DNA of 64,000 nucleotides. It comes from Candidatus Latescibacterota bacterium (lineage in GTDB: Bacteria; Latescibacterota; UBA2968; GCA-2709665). Position numbers and translations under genes: made by a program. The stretch spans positions 544,001 to 608,000 of the forward strand of contig OZ244937.1 of the NCBI GenBank assembly GCA_965222075.1, given 5' to 3'. The notes under the pieces are model-generated. The model did no database searches, had not been told where the DNA came from, and saw nothing but the letters and a program-made list of their open reading frames with translations. Below are positions 46,992 to 57,092 of the stretch, one piece after another (positions within the stretch are counted from its first letter, which is position 1; the number at the start of each line of letters is the position of its first letter).

Positions 46992-47900
46992 TCAGTTCTC
47001 CGTCAGATAGGTGCGAATTTTCCGCATCCGTGAAGGGTGTTTGAGCGTTGCTAAGGCCTTGTCCCGAATCTGCCGAACGCGCTCCTTGGTGAGACTGATC
47101 TGGTTGCCAATCTGTTCGAGTGTCATCGGCTCTTCGTCGTTGATCCCGAAGTAGAACCTCAGGACCTGGGCTTCCCGCGGTGAGAGCGTGTCGAGCACCG
47201 CCCGGACCTCATCGGCCATGGCCCGCTCCATCACCTCCACTTCCGGAGTCACCTGATCCTTGTCCGCCAGGATCTCAAGGAGGGAGGTGTTGGGGCCCTC
47301 CTCAAGCGGCGTATCGAGTGAGAGGTGCCACCGGGAGGCGTCGAAGAGGTCCTGGGCCTGTTTGGGGTGCATCTCCGCAGATTTGGCGATCTCTTCGATG
47401 CTGGGCTCCCGGCCCAGTTTCTGTTTGAGGCTTGAAGCGACGCGCTCCAGTCTGCAGAGGTGCTTGAGCTTGTTGACGGGAAGTCTGACCATGCGGGCCT
47501 TCTCGGCCAGCGCAGAGAGGATGCCCTGGCGTATCCACCAGACCGCGTAGGTTGTAAATTTTACACCCACCCCTCCGTCGTAACGCGTTGCGGCCCGGAC
47601 CAATCCCACGTTGCCTTCGGCAATCAGGTCTTCCAGGGGCAGCCCCCGCCCCTGGTATTCTTTGGCGATTGTGATCACAAACCGAAGATTCGATTCGACC
47701 ATCTGATTCAGGCTCTTGCGGTCTCCCGCTCGGATACTCTTGGCCAGTTCGACCTCCTCCTGGGGTGTCAGCAGGGCATTATAGGCGATATCCTTCAGGT
47801 AGAGTTCAAGCGCAGAGCGCCTCCGGCCGGTCGTTTCGGATCGGGTTTCTCGACTCATAAGCGTGGTAGGCATTGCTTTCCCCCGGAAAAGTAGGATCAT
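46992..47900 (-). CDS. Sigma-70 factor, RpoD/RpoS-like, lacking region 1.1
   Basis: NLRFVITIAKEY, DLIAEGNVGL, KFTTYAVWWIRQ, LTKERVRQI. Confidence 0.93.
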   Translation of the reverse strand: MILLFRGKAMPTTLMSRETRSETTGRRRSALELYLKDIAYNALLTPQEEVELAKSIRAGDRKSLNQMVESNLRFVITIAKEYQGRGLPLEDLIAEGNVGLVRAATRYDGGVGVKFTTYAVWWIRQGILSALAEKARMVRLPVNKLKHLCRLERVASSLKQKLGREPSIEEIAKSAEMHPKQAQDLFDASRWHLSLDTPLEEGPNTSLLEILADKDQVTPEVEVMERAMADEVRAVLDTLSPREAQVLRFYFGINDEEPMTLEQIGNQISLTKERVRQIRDKALATLKHPSRMRKIRTYLTEN

Positions 47901-48018
47901 TTGGCAGTCACCTACAATTCTTCAGACACGATTTCTGCGGCCTTTCCCTGGCCTGTTGGAGGAGGGGCTGAGAGAAGGTCCGGAAATACGAATTTTGTGT
48001 GTATTGCCATCACAACAG

Positions 48019-48033
48019 GCAAACAGTGTACCA
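48019..48033 (-). promoter_or_regulatory. Sigma54-type promoter upstream of the sigma factor gene
   Basis: TGGTAC-ACTGT-TTGC on the minus strand. Confidence 0.55.
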
Positions 48034-48512
48034 GATGCGTTCCAGGCATCTTCTGCAAGGCCTGGAACGTTTTAAAACCGGACATCAGAGATACGATACC
48101 TGTTGGGGAAAGGGGAGAAACAATCGCTGGGGAGAAGAAAGATCGCCCAATTCCTCATCACGTAAAGAGGAATGCCTGAAGGTGGAACCATTCGTTCCAT
48201 CTTGAGCCTGTTTGGCAGACGTCAAGATGGCCTTCAAGGCCAGCCATTTTGGACTTGTGGGGAAACAATAGGTGGGGAGAAGCAGGGAAGATAAGAGGAG
48301 CTGTCCAGGGGAACAAAATCAATACGTACGCGACGTGTGGCTTCTTTTCTCTTACACCTCCTTATCGTAGGCGTGATATAAAAAACGGTGTGGGATACCA
48401 AGATAAGGTATGAACTGCGATTTGTCAACAGAAGAATAGAGACGCCTTCCGGGATGTCGAAGGGCCGACTTCCGTGCTGGAGGTCGGCCCTTTACGTTTT
48501 GGGTTGCGACGC

Positions 48513-49019
48513 TTATTTCTCCATATCGTCGGCGTTTCGCTGGCCCATATCTCGGTCCAGCAGAAAGAGCCCGTTTCCGTCGTTGCCCACGAGTTTGAGT
48601 TTGTGGACGATCTCGTGGGCGGCCGCTTCCTCTTCTACCTGCTCGGTCACAAACCACTGCAGGAAAGTATTGGTGGCGTGATCGCGTTCCTCCAGGCTCA
48701 GGTCAACCAGATGGTTGATCTGGGCAGAGACTTCTTTTTCGTGTTCATAGGCATATTCGAACGCGGCCAGGGGGCTGTTCCATTTCAGGGAGGGCGCTTT
48801 CACTTCCCTCAGATCGATATTGCCTTCCCTATCGTTGATAAAGTCGTAGATTTTCATAGCATGTACCAGCTCTTCCCCGGCCTGTGCACGCATCCAGATT
48901 GCAAAACCGCCGAGGTTAATCGACTGGAAATGGGCAGACGTTGCCAGGTAGAGATACGCCGCGTAAAATTCAGCGTTGAGCTGCCCGTTTAACGCGTTCT
49001 GTATTTTATCGCTGATCAT
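48513..49019 (-). CDS. ftnA: Non-heme ferritin
   Basis: LN.QLNAEFY, EELVHAMK, HE, FLQWFVTEQVEEE. Confidence 0.95.
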   Translation of the reverse strand: MISDKIQNALNGQLNAEFYAAYLYLATSAHFQSINLGGFAIWMRAQAGEELVHAMKIYDFINDREGNIDLREVKAPSLKWNSPLAAFEYAYEHEKEVSAQINHLVDLSLEERDHATNTFLQWFVTEQVEEEAAAHEIVHKLKLVGNDGNGLFLLDRDMGQRNADDMEK

Positions 49020-49190
49020 GACTTTCCCTTTTTGTGAATACGACCAACATGTATGATTAGACCTGAAATAGAATTACCAAGAGGGACCTTAATTATACCA
49101 AAAAGGAGGAAGGAATCCAACATATTTCATGGTCTTGATTTCAGCGGATGGTCGGTTCACGTCTCTCTTGCGCAGCGACCGGTACAACAT

Positions 49191-49232
49191 AAAAAAACCT
49201 CCCTGTTCTTCCACCTGAAGAATAGGGAGGTT
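49191..49232 (-). terminator. Intrinsic terminator after the TonB receptor gene
   Basis: A7-CCTCCCTGTTCTTC...GAAGAATAGGGAGG. Confidence 0.75.
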
Positions 49233-49283
49233 CGGGCTAAGCGATAGAGGTTGTCTTGTCCGGGCAGGCAGCGCCGGGGTAAA

Positions 49284-51569
49284 TTAAAAGTCGGTCTTGA
49301 TGCCAGCCATAAACGTGCGGGGCATTCCGGGGCGCACGCCGGCCGGACGCCGGGCGGCGATATAGGTTTTGTTTGTCAGGTTCCTCACACCACCAAACAG
49401 TTTGGCCTTTGGCAAGAGGGCGACTTCAGTGGACGCATCAACCGTAAAGTGGGCCCGGGTGCTTTCCCCGGCAAGAACCGCGCCCGAGCCGGCTTTCGTG
49501 CGCATTCCGTCGGTGTATTTGGCGCTCAGGTCCACGCCCCACCGGCCGCTTTCAATGCCGAAGCCTGCGAAGATCTGGTGCCTGGGGATGTAGGGAATCT
49601 CGTCGCCGGTTTTCACGGTTCCCCAGGGTTCGAAATCGCTTTTGAAGTCGTGCCTGAATTCGGCGCTGGTGTAGGTGTAGGCGATGCGGAACGGAATAGA
49701 AAACAGCCCTCCGGAGGCGTTGGCCAGGTCGTAGTGCAGGCCCAATTCCACCCCTCTGGCGACGGCTTTTCCACCGTTAAACTGGTCTCCGGAACCGGTT
49801 CCCCCTGCGGCTGCCAGGTCCGCGCCCAGCAGGTTGCTGTAGTCGTTGAGGTAGACGACCGCCTGGGCGTTCAAGGCGCCTTTTCCGTAGCGGAGTCCCA
49901 GTTCGTAGTTGATACTGTTTTCCGGCCTGGTGCCATCTTTAGAGCCGGGAGGGGCAAATCCTTTGTGGATGCCGACAAATGCACTTGTAGATGGGCTGAA
50001 TCTGTAATTCAGGCCCAGGCCGGGGATCCAGACGTCTACGCTGTTTTCCCTCGTTTTGAGGCTGGAGCCGGTACGGTCCGGATCGTTTTTGCCATAGTCT
50101 TTGCGTTCGATTTTGACGTTCTCGTAACGAAGACCCGGAGTGGCCGACAGGTTGCCATAGATGAGTTTGTTGTGCAGGTAGGAAGCAAAGGCGGTTGCGG
50201 TTTCGATCCGATTGCTCTCCGTGCCCTTTGTGCCGACGCCGGCCAATTTCATCACTCCGTTGTCCATTTTATACAGGTCCACCCATTGGAACCGATCGAT
50301 CTGGTCTTTGTGGAATCGGAGGCCGACCTCCAGATGGTGTTTTAAGCTGCCGCGGTCGGTCTGAAGTCCAAAGACAGACTGGACGCCCTGGGCATAGTAG
50401 TCGCGGTTGTTTGCCTTGACCTCCAGGGCATTGTCGTTGGGGCTGGTGCTGCCGGTCACAATCGCATACTCGGCTGCGTGTTGGACGGGGTCTTCAAGGA
50501 TTGCCGCGATCTTTGTACGGTTGCCGTCGGCGGCTGCTCTGATCCTGTCCAGCTTATACCAGTTGCGGTGGAAGGTGTTGCGGTAGAAGATGGCTGTGAA
50601 GTCGAAGGAGCCGCCCGGCTGAACGAAGTACCGGACCTGGAGCTGCTCATGTTTCGTGTTCATCTGATCAACGTGGGATGCGGCGTAGCGGCGATAGGGG
50701 GTCACTTTGAAGTCCTCGTCGGTGAGTCCCAGGTAGGTCTCGTTGGAGACCTCGTCGGTCTGGCCCAGCTTGAGCATCAGTTCCTGATAGACTTCGGCGT
50801 CTCTGTCGGTGTTGAGGCGAAACTTGGCGATGTAATCTTTTTTGTCGAAGCCCGTGTTGCCCCCGCCGTCGAGATTTTTAAACCCGTCGGCCTTTGCCAG
50901 GTAGGCCTCAACCAGCCAGCCGAAGTTCCCGTAGGCGTCTCCCGCAGATGTCCGGATGTTGCGGGAGCTGTTTTCGCCGATCACGAGGTGTGCCCGCCCG
51001 GTGAGGTCGTAGGGTATGGGCGTTGAGAGCATGTTCAGGGCGCCGCCGGTGGTATAGGGGCCGTGCTTGATCTGGCTGGACCCCTTGCGGACTTCGATGC
51101 TTTGCATGCGGCCGGCGGTTGGGAAATAGTAAGCCGCCGGGGCCGCGTAGGGCGCCGGCGCCATCAGGATGCCGTCTTCCATCACGGTAATTTTCGAGCT
51201 GCGCTCCGAGCTGGTCCCTCGTATTCCGATGTTTGGGCGCAGGCCGTAGCCGTCTTCTTCCTGGAGGTTGACCCCGGGGATCTCCCGCAGGATGCGGTTG
51301 ATGTCGTTGTGGTTCTGTTTGTCCAGCCTGGCTTTGTCGATATAGTAAGCCGATCCCGGAATTTCGTCGATCTTGTCGGGGTCGCCGACGACCATCACGC
51401 GGTCGAGGATGATGACGTCCGGTTCGAGCTGTTTCCGGATTTCGGCCTGTGCCTCTTCCGATTTTTCAACCTGTTCCTGCTCTTTTTTTTGTTCTTTGGC
51501 TTCGGCCTGTACCTGTCCGATCAAGCCATACATCAGGATAAGGGATACGAAGATACGGACTTTCACCAT
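49284..51569 (-). CDS. TonB-dependent receptor (FecA-like)
   Basis: Plug IPGV..QEEDGYGLRPNIGIRG; terminal NLT...Y...RPGMPRTF....F. Confidence 0.93.
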   Translation of the reverse strand: MVKVRIFVSLILMYGLIGQVQAEAKEQKKEQEQVEKSEEAQAEIRKQLEPDVIILDRVMVVGDPDKIDEIPGSAYYIDKARLDKQNHNDINRILREIPGVNLQEEDGYGLRPNIGIRGTSSERSSKITVMEDGILMAPAPYAAPAAYYFPTAGRMQSIEVRKGSSQIKHGPYTTGGALNMLSTPIPYDLTGRAHLVIGENSSRNIRTSAGDAYGNFGWLVEAYLAKADGFKNLDGGGNTGFDKKDYIAKFRLNTDRDAEVYQELMLKLGQTDEVSNETYLGLTDEDFKVTPYRRYAASHVDQMNTKHEQLQVRYFVQPGGSFDFTAIFYRNTFHRNWYKLDRIRAAADGNRTKIAAILEDPVQHAAEYAIVTGSTSPNDNALEVKANNRDYYAQGVQSVFGLQTDRGSLKHHLEVGLRFHKDQIDRFQWVDLYKMDNGVMKLAGVGTKGTESNRIETATAFASYLHNKLIYGNLSATPGLRYENVKIERKDYGKNDPDRTGSSLKTRENSVDVWIPGLGLNYRFSPSTSAFVGIHKGFAPPGSKDGTRPENSINYELGLRYGKGALNAQAVVYLNDYSNLLGADLAAAGGTGSGDQFNGGKAVARGVELGLHYDLANASGGLFSIPFRIAYTYTSAEFRHDFKSDFEPWGTVKTGDEIPYIPRHQIFAGFGIESGRWGVDLSAKYTDGMRTKAGSGAVLAGESTRAHFTVDASTEVALLPKAKLFGGVRNLTNKTYIAARRPAGVRPGMPRTFMAGIKTDF

Positions 51570-51607
51570 TTCACAAACCCTCCAGTTTTATGTGTAGCAG
51601 ACATATA

Positions 51608-51657
51608 TTTTATATATAAAACATTTGTAATATATAACATACTCTTCTGAATGTCAA
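51608..51657 (-). promoter_or_regulatory. Sigma70-like promoter with adjacent palindromic operator candidate
   Basis: TTGACA-17-TATATT (51657-51629) followed by the perfect palindrome TTTTATATATAAAA (51608-51621). Confidence 0.55.
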
Positions 51658-51878
51658 CTAAAATTTGGATCGTTTTAAAATAAAAGTGGCTTATGCTAAT
51701 ATGTTGAACCGTTTTTCTGCGTATGGGTTCACGTCAATAAAGTGTTCACCGTATTGTTATGCAGGATTTCGTATTGGGGAAAAGTGTTGGAGAAGAGGCG
51801 GCTGTTGTATATTTTAGACTGGAAAGACCGTTACTGATTAAGATATTGAATGCAGGATCCGAACCAGGGGGCCTGGCT

Positions 51879-52868
51879 ATGGGCGATCCGTTGCGCGTTG
51901 CCGTTATTGGGGCCAGCGGGATCGGGCAGCACCATGCCCGGTGGTACCACCTCACAGGCTGTGAGGTGGCGGCCTTTGTGGGCACGTCGGAGGCTTCGTG
52001 TGAGAAGACGCGAGCCCGTCTTGAGGCCTATTTCGGGTTTGGAGGAAGGGCTTACCAGGATGTTTCCCAAATGCTTCGGGAGGAACGGCCCGACATTGTG
52101 GATGTGTCCAGTCCCTACAGCCTGCACCGGGAGCATGCCCTGGCTGCACTGGAGGCCGGGGCGCACGTGGTTTGTGAAAAGCCCCTCTGCTGGGACGAGA
52201 AAAAGGGTTTGGACCAGATCTTAGAAGATGGACGGGCCGTTGTGGAAGCTGCCGGGCGGGCCGGCCGCCTTCTGGGGGTGTCTGCTCAGTACCCGGCCGT
52301 TATCCCCACCTACCGGGAGTTTTACGAACGGGTGCGGGGGGGCTGGGGCAGGGTGGAGGAAATTTCTATGGAGATGGAGGTGATGGGGCGCACGGTGCCC
52401 AAGCGTTTTGAGAAGATCTGGATCGATGTGGGGTCGCACCCCTTAAGCCTGGTGATCGGCTTTTTGCCCGGAGGCCGGATCGATTATGATGCTGCAACGT
52501 GTGAGGTTACGGAATGGGAGAATCGCGCCCGTTTCGATTATGTGAGTTCTCAGGGGCGATGTGCGGTTGACATGGTGATGAGGACGGTTGCGGAGGGCCC
52601 CCCGGTGCGCCGGTTCGGGGTGAACGGTTTTCCCGTAGACTGGGAAGGGTATACGGACGAGGAGGGGGTCTATCGGGCCGTGCTCAAACAGGGCGAGGAA
52701 GAGGTCCTCTGCAAGGATTTCCTGCATGTGTTTATCGAGGAATTTGTCGCTGCGGTTGGGGGTGAAGGCGGGCGTGTGATTGTATCCGGCGAAGAGGGGC
52801 TCCAAAACCTGGAGTATCAGGTCGAACTCCTCCGCCGGGCTGAGGCTCACAGGATTGGTGAATGTTGA
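51879..52868 (+). CDS. Gfo/Idh/MocA oxidoreductase
   Basis: VAVIGASGIG, HVVCEKP. Confidence 0.88.
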   Translation: MGDPLRVAVIGASGIGQHHARWYHLTGCEVAAFVGTSEASCEKTRARLEAYFGFGGRAYQDVSQMLREERPDIVDVSSPYSLHREHALAALEAGAHVVCEKPLCWDEKKGLDQILEDGRAVVEAAGRAGRLLGVSAQYPAVIPTYREFYERVRGGWGRVEEISMEMEVMGRTVPKRFEKIWIDVGSHPLSLVIGFLPGGRIDYDAATCEVTEWENRARFDYVSSQGRCAVDMVMRTVAEGPPVRRFGVNGFPVDWEGYTDEEGVYRAVLKQGEEEVLCKDFLHVFIEEFVAAVGGEGGRVIVSGEEGLQNLEYQVELLRRAEAHRIGEC

Positions 52869-52880
52869 TAGGGTTGAGAG

Positions 52881-53687
52881 ATGCCTCCAGGTGCCACAGC
52901 CGATATTGCTGTGATTATTACTTCCCATAACTACGGCCGGTATCTGGGGACCTGTTTGTGTTCGGTGGACTCGCAGACGCTGAGACCCAAAGAGATTCTG
53001 GTGGTAGACGACGCCAGCACGGATGGGACCGAGGCGGTGGTTCGGCAGTTTCCCGAGGCGCGCTATTACCGGGTTGCGTTTCAAAATGCGAATAGGGCGC
53101 GCAATTTCGGGTTTTCCAAGATGTCGTCCGAACTGGTCGTCTTTTTTGATGCAGACAACTATATGGAGCCCCATTTTCTGGAGACCCTCTACGGGGGTCT
53201 GGACGCAGATGGGGCTGTGGATTTTGTTTACTGTGACCGGATCAATTTTGGCGAGGGGGATGTTTCCTGGTATCCCGAATCGATGGGACGGTGGCGGGCG
53301 AGACCTTTTGATTCCGTGTTGTTGAGAGAACGCAATTATATCGATCTGGCATCCCTGCTTCGTGCCCGCTGTTTTCCCGGCTTTGACGAAGCCCTGCGGA
53401 GGTGCCAGGACTGGGATCTCTGGCTGAATATCGTGCTGAACCAGAGGGGAAGAGGGCGCTACGTGGCGGAGCCGCTTTTTTACTATCGGGTCCACGGCGC
53501 GAGTGTGAGCCGGCGGGAGGACCGGGACCGCGCGGTGTGGACGATCCGGCGTAAATACCGGCTGGGTCTTTTTTCTTCTCTGCCGGTGGTACGGGACGCT
53601 TTCTGGCTGTATCGTTTTTTGGGATGGCTGAAGCGGTCCTTTGGACGATTTTTCTCCGTTCGATATTCTCTCGGAAAATCACCATGA
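52881..53687 (+). CDS. Glycosyltransferase family 2
   Basis: VVDDASTD, ARNFG, FFDAD, QDWDLW. Confidence 0.9.
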   Translation: MPPGATADIAVIITSHNYGRYLGTCLCSVDSQTLRPKEILVVDDASTDGTEAVVRQFPEARYYRVAFQNANRARNFGFSKMSSELVVFFDADNYMEPHFLETLYGGLDADGAVDFVYCDRINFGEGDVSWYPESMGRWRARPFDSVLLRERNYIDLASLLRARCFPGFDEALRRCQDWDLWLNIVLNQRGRGRYVAEPLFYYRVHGASVSRREDRDRAVWTIRRKYRLGLFSSLPVVRDAFWLYRFLGWLKRSFGRFFSVRYSLGKSP

Positions 53688-53702
53688 TGGAGGAGATTTC
53701 CC

Positions 53703-54032
53703 ATGAGCGATCTGGTTGATCAGAGCCACAATATCAAGCCGAAGATGGAGGCAATGATCCAGACGGTTATCTTCATCCAGTCGGCCTATGCCCGGGCGCT
53801 TCTGGTAGACCGAAATGCGCTTCTGGCGTCTCAGACGGAAGAGGATACGGTCCGTTCCGAGTCGATCCTTCAGGAGGCCTTCACAACCGATGTGCGCCCG
53901 CTTCTGGCCCGCGTGCGAAAGGAGATGGGCCTGCACCCGGATCCTATGGCGGCCTACCGGGAGAGCGGCTATTTTGAGAAGATTGCAGAAGAACGCGTGG
54001 GCGAGCTGGAAGGCGCGGCCAGCTGGGGATAA
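53703..54032 (+). CDS. Isolated C-terminal domain of an L-rhamnose/sugar isomerase-like protein
   Basis: DQSHNIKPK.EAM, AYARALLVDR, DVRPLL...R...G...DP..AYRESGY; catalytic barrel absent. Confidence 0.7.
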   Translation: MSDLVDQSHNIKPKMEAMIQTVIFIQSAYARALLVDRNALLASQTEEDTVRSESILQEAFTTDVRPLLARVRKEMGLHPDPMAAYRESGYFEKIAEERVGELEGAASWG

Positions 54033-54111
54033 TTGGTTGCGGAGTGCGGATTCTGCCGCTGCTTCCAGATAGGGAGGCAGCACCTTTTTAATAGAGTGAA
54101 GCGTTGTGGGG

Positions 54112-54654
54112 TCAAAATCCGAGGTGTTTCAGGAATTTTTGCCTTCCACCCGTCTTTTTTTCGCGGTTCCAGGATTTGACTTTCTCAAAGTAGGGGGTTT
54201 CCTCTTCTTCTTCCCACTTGCAGAGGGCTTTGATCTGTCCGGGGCTGTTGTAGCCGTCGAGTTCGTAGGGGCACTCGACGGAATTGCTGATGCTTAAGAG
54301 TTCGATATTTCCCTCAGCGTCGAATTCGATGTCGAAGGGGTAGCGGCGGCAGGTGACGGGGCGGTGTTCGTAGATGGTGCAGAGGTCGTCTTTCCCGAGG
54401 TACTGGCAGCCGTGATTGTTGCGGCGGAGGCCCATGATGCGCTGGCCGGATTTGAATTTGACCCATCCCGGATTGCGTTTGCTCCAGTCGATTTCATCCG
54501 GTTGGTAAAACCGGACGATTTGGGATGCCTCCTGGCTGGTGTGTGAGATGATGCGCCGTATGTCTTCATCCGTGACCAGGACAATCGGTTCCCGGCAGCA
54601 GTTTGCACAGCAGGTACACCGAAAGTTGAGCAGGTGTTTCCACGCTTTGGCCAT
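54112..54654 (-). CDS. YkgJ-family cysteine-cluster protein
   Basis: FRCTCCANCC...C.YL...CTIYEHRPVTCRRYPF. Confidence 0.9.
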   Translation of the reverse strand: MAKAWKHLLNFRCTCCANCCREPIVLVTDEDIRRIISHTSQEASQIVRFYQPDEIDWSKRNPGWVKFKSGQRIMGLRRNNHGCQYLGKDDLCTIYEHRPVTCRRYPFDIEFDAEGNIELLSISNSVECPYELDGYNSPGQIKALCKWEEEEETPYFEKVKSWNREKKTGGRQKFLKHLGF

Positions 54655-54719
54655 GCCGTCTCCTTTATTCACCCCTTGCTACTGAGATTTGAGATGTTGC
54701 GGATATCTCTATCTCTCCA

Positions 54720-54748
54720 AACATAGGCGAGGAAGGCGGAAGTGTCAA
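54720..54748 (-). promoter_or_regulatory. Sigma70-like promoter
   Basis: TTGACA-17-TATGTT. Confidence 0.5.
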
Positions 54749-54946
54749 GAGGCATGATGGAGAGGGCCTTCGGATAGCGGCGAATTTTGTCTTTTACCTG
54801 CCCGGGGGGCTTGTTATATTTGAACGGGCAGCCCGTTTTGAAAATAGGGGCAGCAGGGCGTTGAAGTCCGGGTGGCGGGCGCTGATCGGGATGGGCATCG
54901 CGGCTGTGGGACTGGCGTTGATCAACCTGAAATAGAGGATCGTGAT

Positions 54947-55666
54947 ATGGCAGGGCCTGTTATCGGTATTACCACGAGTATGGATGCGGACAACGGGGAG
55001 ATTTCCCGGCAGGTTCTGGGTCACCATTACGTCAGAGCCGTGGAGCGCGCGGGTGGGTGCCCGCTTATTCTGCCCATGGTTGAACGCCGGGAGGCTTTGT
55101 GCCCTGTTCTGGAACTGCTGGACGGGCTCATCATCACCGGCGGTCCCGGGATTACCGACGGGCTTATCGGCCGGCTTCCGGACGATCTGCCGCCGGTTGC
55201 GCCGGAACGGGACCGGGCGGATACATGGGCCTTTGAGGGGGCCAACCGGAAGGGGCTCCCGATTCTGGGGATTTGCTACGGTATGCAGTTTATTAATGCG
55301 AGATTCGGGGGTACGATCTACGCCGATGTCCAAACACAGCTTCAGGTGCAGGCCCACTCTCCCAAACGCAACGGTGGGGTGGATGTCCGGCACGGGGTTA
55401 TTCCGGAGGGCGGCTCCTGCCTGGACAGGCTGGTGAGGCAGAGAGGCAGGCTTGTGGAGGTCAACAGTTATCACCTGCAGGCGGTGGGGCAACCGGGGAG
55501 GGGGTTGCGGGTTAACGCCCGGAGTACGGACGGGCTGATCGAAGGGATCGAAACCGAGGACGGGCGTATTTTGGGGGTGCAGTTTCACCCCGAAGGACTT
55601 TCCGGCACGGTGTGGGACAAGGTTTTTGACTATCTGATGGAGCGGGCCGGGAGAGAGAGGGTTTGA
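54947..55666 (+). CDS. Peptidase C26 / gamma-glutamyl-GABA hydrolase family
   Basis: PILGICYGMQ, VNSYHLQ, GVQFHPE. Confidence 0.92.
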   Translation: MAGPVIGITTSMDADNGEISRQVLGHHYVRAVERAGGCPLILPMVERREALCPVLELLDGLIITGGPGITDGLIGRLPDDLPPVAPERDRADTWAFEGANRKGLPILGICYGMQFINARFGGTIYADVQTQLQVQAHSPKRNGGVDVRHGVIPEGGSCLDRLVRQRGRLVEVNSYHLQAVGQPGRGLRVNARSTDGLIEGIETEDGRILGVQFHPEGLSGTVWDKVFDYLMERAGRERV

Positions 55667-55712
55667 TTTGTGGGTGTTTGGTGCTGGCGCCCTGATGTGA
55701 AAGGATGATAAG

Positions 55713-56288
55713 GTGGGTGACCCTGCGGTGCAAATGACCGAAACGGATGGGAAGACCCCGGATCCATTCTGGACGGTTGCAAACTGTTGCAGCCTGCTCC
55801 GGGTTGTCCTGGCCTTTCCCGTCCTCTGGATGATCTGGAAGGGGCCTGAGTACCGATGGATCTTATTTGCCGTGGTTCTGGTGATGATTGCAACCGATGT
55901 TCTGGATGGATACCTTGCCAGATGGCGGGGTGAGATTACGCGGTGGGGGAAGATTCTGGATCCGGTGGCCGATAAGCTGGCGATCGATTCGATTGCGGTT
56001 GCGCTGGTGCTCGTCAAGGGGCTACCCTTATGGGTGGCCGTGGTGGTTGTGGGGCGGGATGTGTTGATTGTGCTGGGCGGGGTGCTGCTGGTGGCCCGGG
56101 AAAAGATCATGGTTGTTTCCAATATCTGGGGGAAGTTGACGACGCTGGTGATGAGTGTACTGCTGCTGGCTTACGCGATGGATGCGGAACCTGTAAAAGA
56201 ACCGTTGCTCGCGCTGGCGGCATTGCTGCTGCTGGCTTCTTCGGTGAGTTACGGGGTGCATTTTTTGCGGTTGATACGGAGGACGTGA
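55713..56288 (+). CDS. CDP-alcohol phosphatidyltransferase (PgsA-like)
   Basis: TDVLDGYLAR....T.WGKILDPVADK. Confidence 0.92.
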   Translation: MGDPAVQMTETDGKTPDPFWTVANCCSLLRVVLAFPVLWMIWKGPEYRWILFAVVLVMIATDVLDGYLARWRGEITRWGKILDPVADKLAIDSIAVALVLVKGLPLWVAVVVVGRDVLIVLGGVLLVAREKIMVVSNIWGKLTTLVMSVLLLAYAMDAEPVKEPLLALAALLLLASSVSYGVHFLRLIRRT

Positions 56289-57016
56289 TGGGCGTTGTGG
56301 GTTGCAACGCCCCGTCGCTCGATGAGGTGAAGTTGCAGATCAGTGTGATTGTTCCCGCTGTAAACGAGGCAGAGACGATCGGGGGATGCCTGGCACAGTT
56401 CCGGGACGCCGGGGGGGTTGAGGTGGTGGTTGTGGACGGGGGAAGCAGCGATGGGACGAAGGAGGCGGTGAAAGCTTCGGGTGTCGCTGGCTGGCTGGCT
56501 TCACCCCAAAAGGGCCGGGCGTTTCAGATGAATTACGGGGCAGCGGCTACGTCGGGTGAGGTTTTGCTTTTTCTGCACGCCGATACGCACCTCCCCGGGG
56601 ATGGGCTGAAGCTGATTGCCGATTCTATGACCGATCCGGAGGTGGTGGGCGGACGGTTCCGCCTGGGGCTTTCGGAAGATACCTGGATGTTTCGGTTGAT
56701 TGCCCTGTTCAGCACGTTCAGGTCCCGGTATCTGGGCATTACGTATGGAGACCAGGGAATTTATGTGCGGCGATCTGTGTTTGACCGGATGGGGGGATTC
56801 CCTGCGCTTGAGATATTCGAGGATTCCGAGTTTTGCTCGGCGGCCTCCAGGCTGGGACGGTTTGTGATGCTGGACGCGCCTGTGTGCAGTTCCACCCGGC
56901 GGTGGCGGCGGTGGGGGGTGTTCGGGACGGTGGTCCGGATGTGGGCGCTCCGGCTGCTTTATATATGCTCTGTTTCCGATGACCGATTGAGCCGGAGGTA
57001 CCGGGATGTGCGGTAA
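56288..57016 (+). CDS. Glycosyltransferase family 2 (TIGR04283-like)
   Basis: VVDGGSSD, GRAFQMNYGA, LFLHADT, YGDQG, SSTRRW. Confidence 0.9.
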   Translation: MGVVGCNAPSLDEVKLQISVIVPAVNEAETIGGCLAQFRDAGGVEVVVVDGGSSDGTKEAVKASGVAGWLASPQKGRAFQMNYGAAATSGEVLLFLHADTHLPGDGLKLIADSMTDPEVVGGRFRLGLSEDTWMFRLIALFSTFRSRYLGITYGDQGIYVRRSVFDRMGGFPALEIFEDSEFCSAASRLGRFVMLDAPVCSSTRRWRRWGVFGTVVRMWALRLLYICSVSDDRLSRRYRDVR

Positions 57017-57092
57017 GGCGCACGGCGTGCGCCCCTGGTTCGGGCATCGGCATAGCAGAGGGTGGAGCGGATTGCAACGATCGAGGGGCGAC

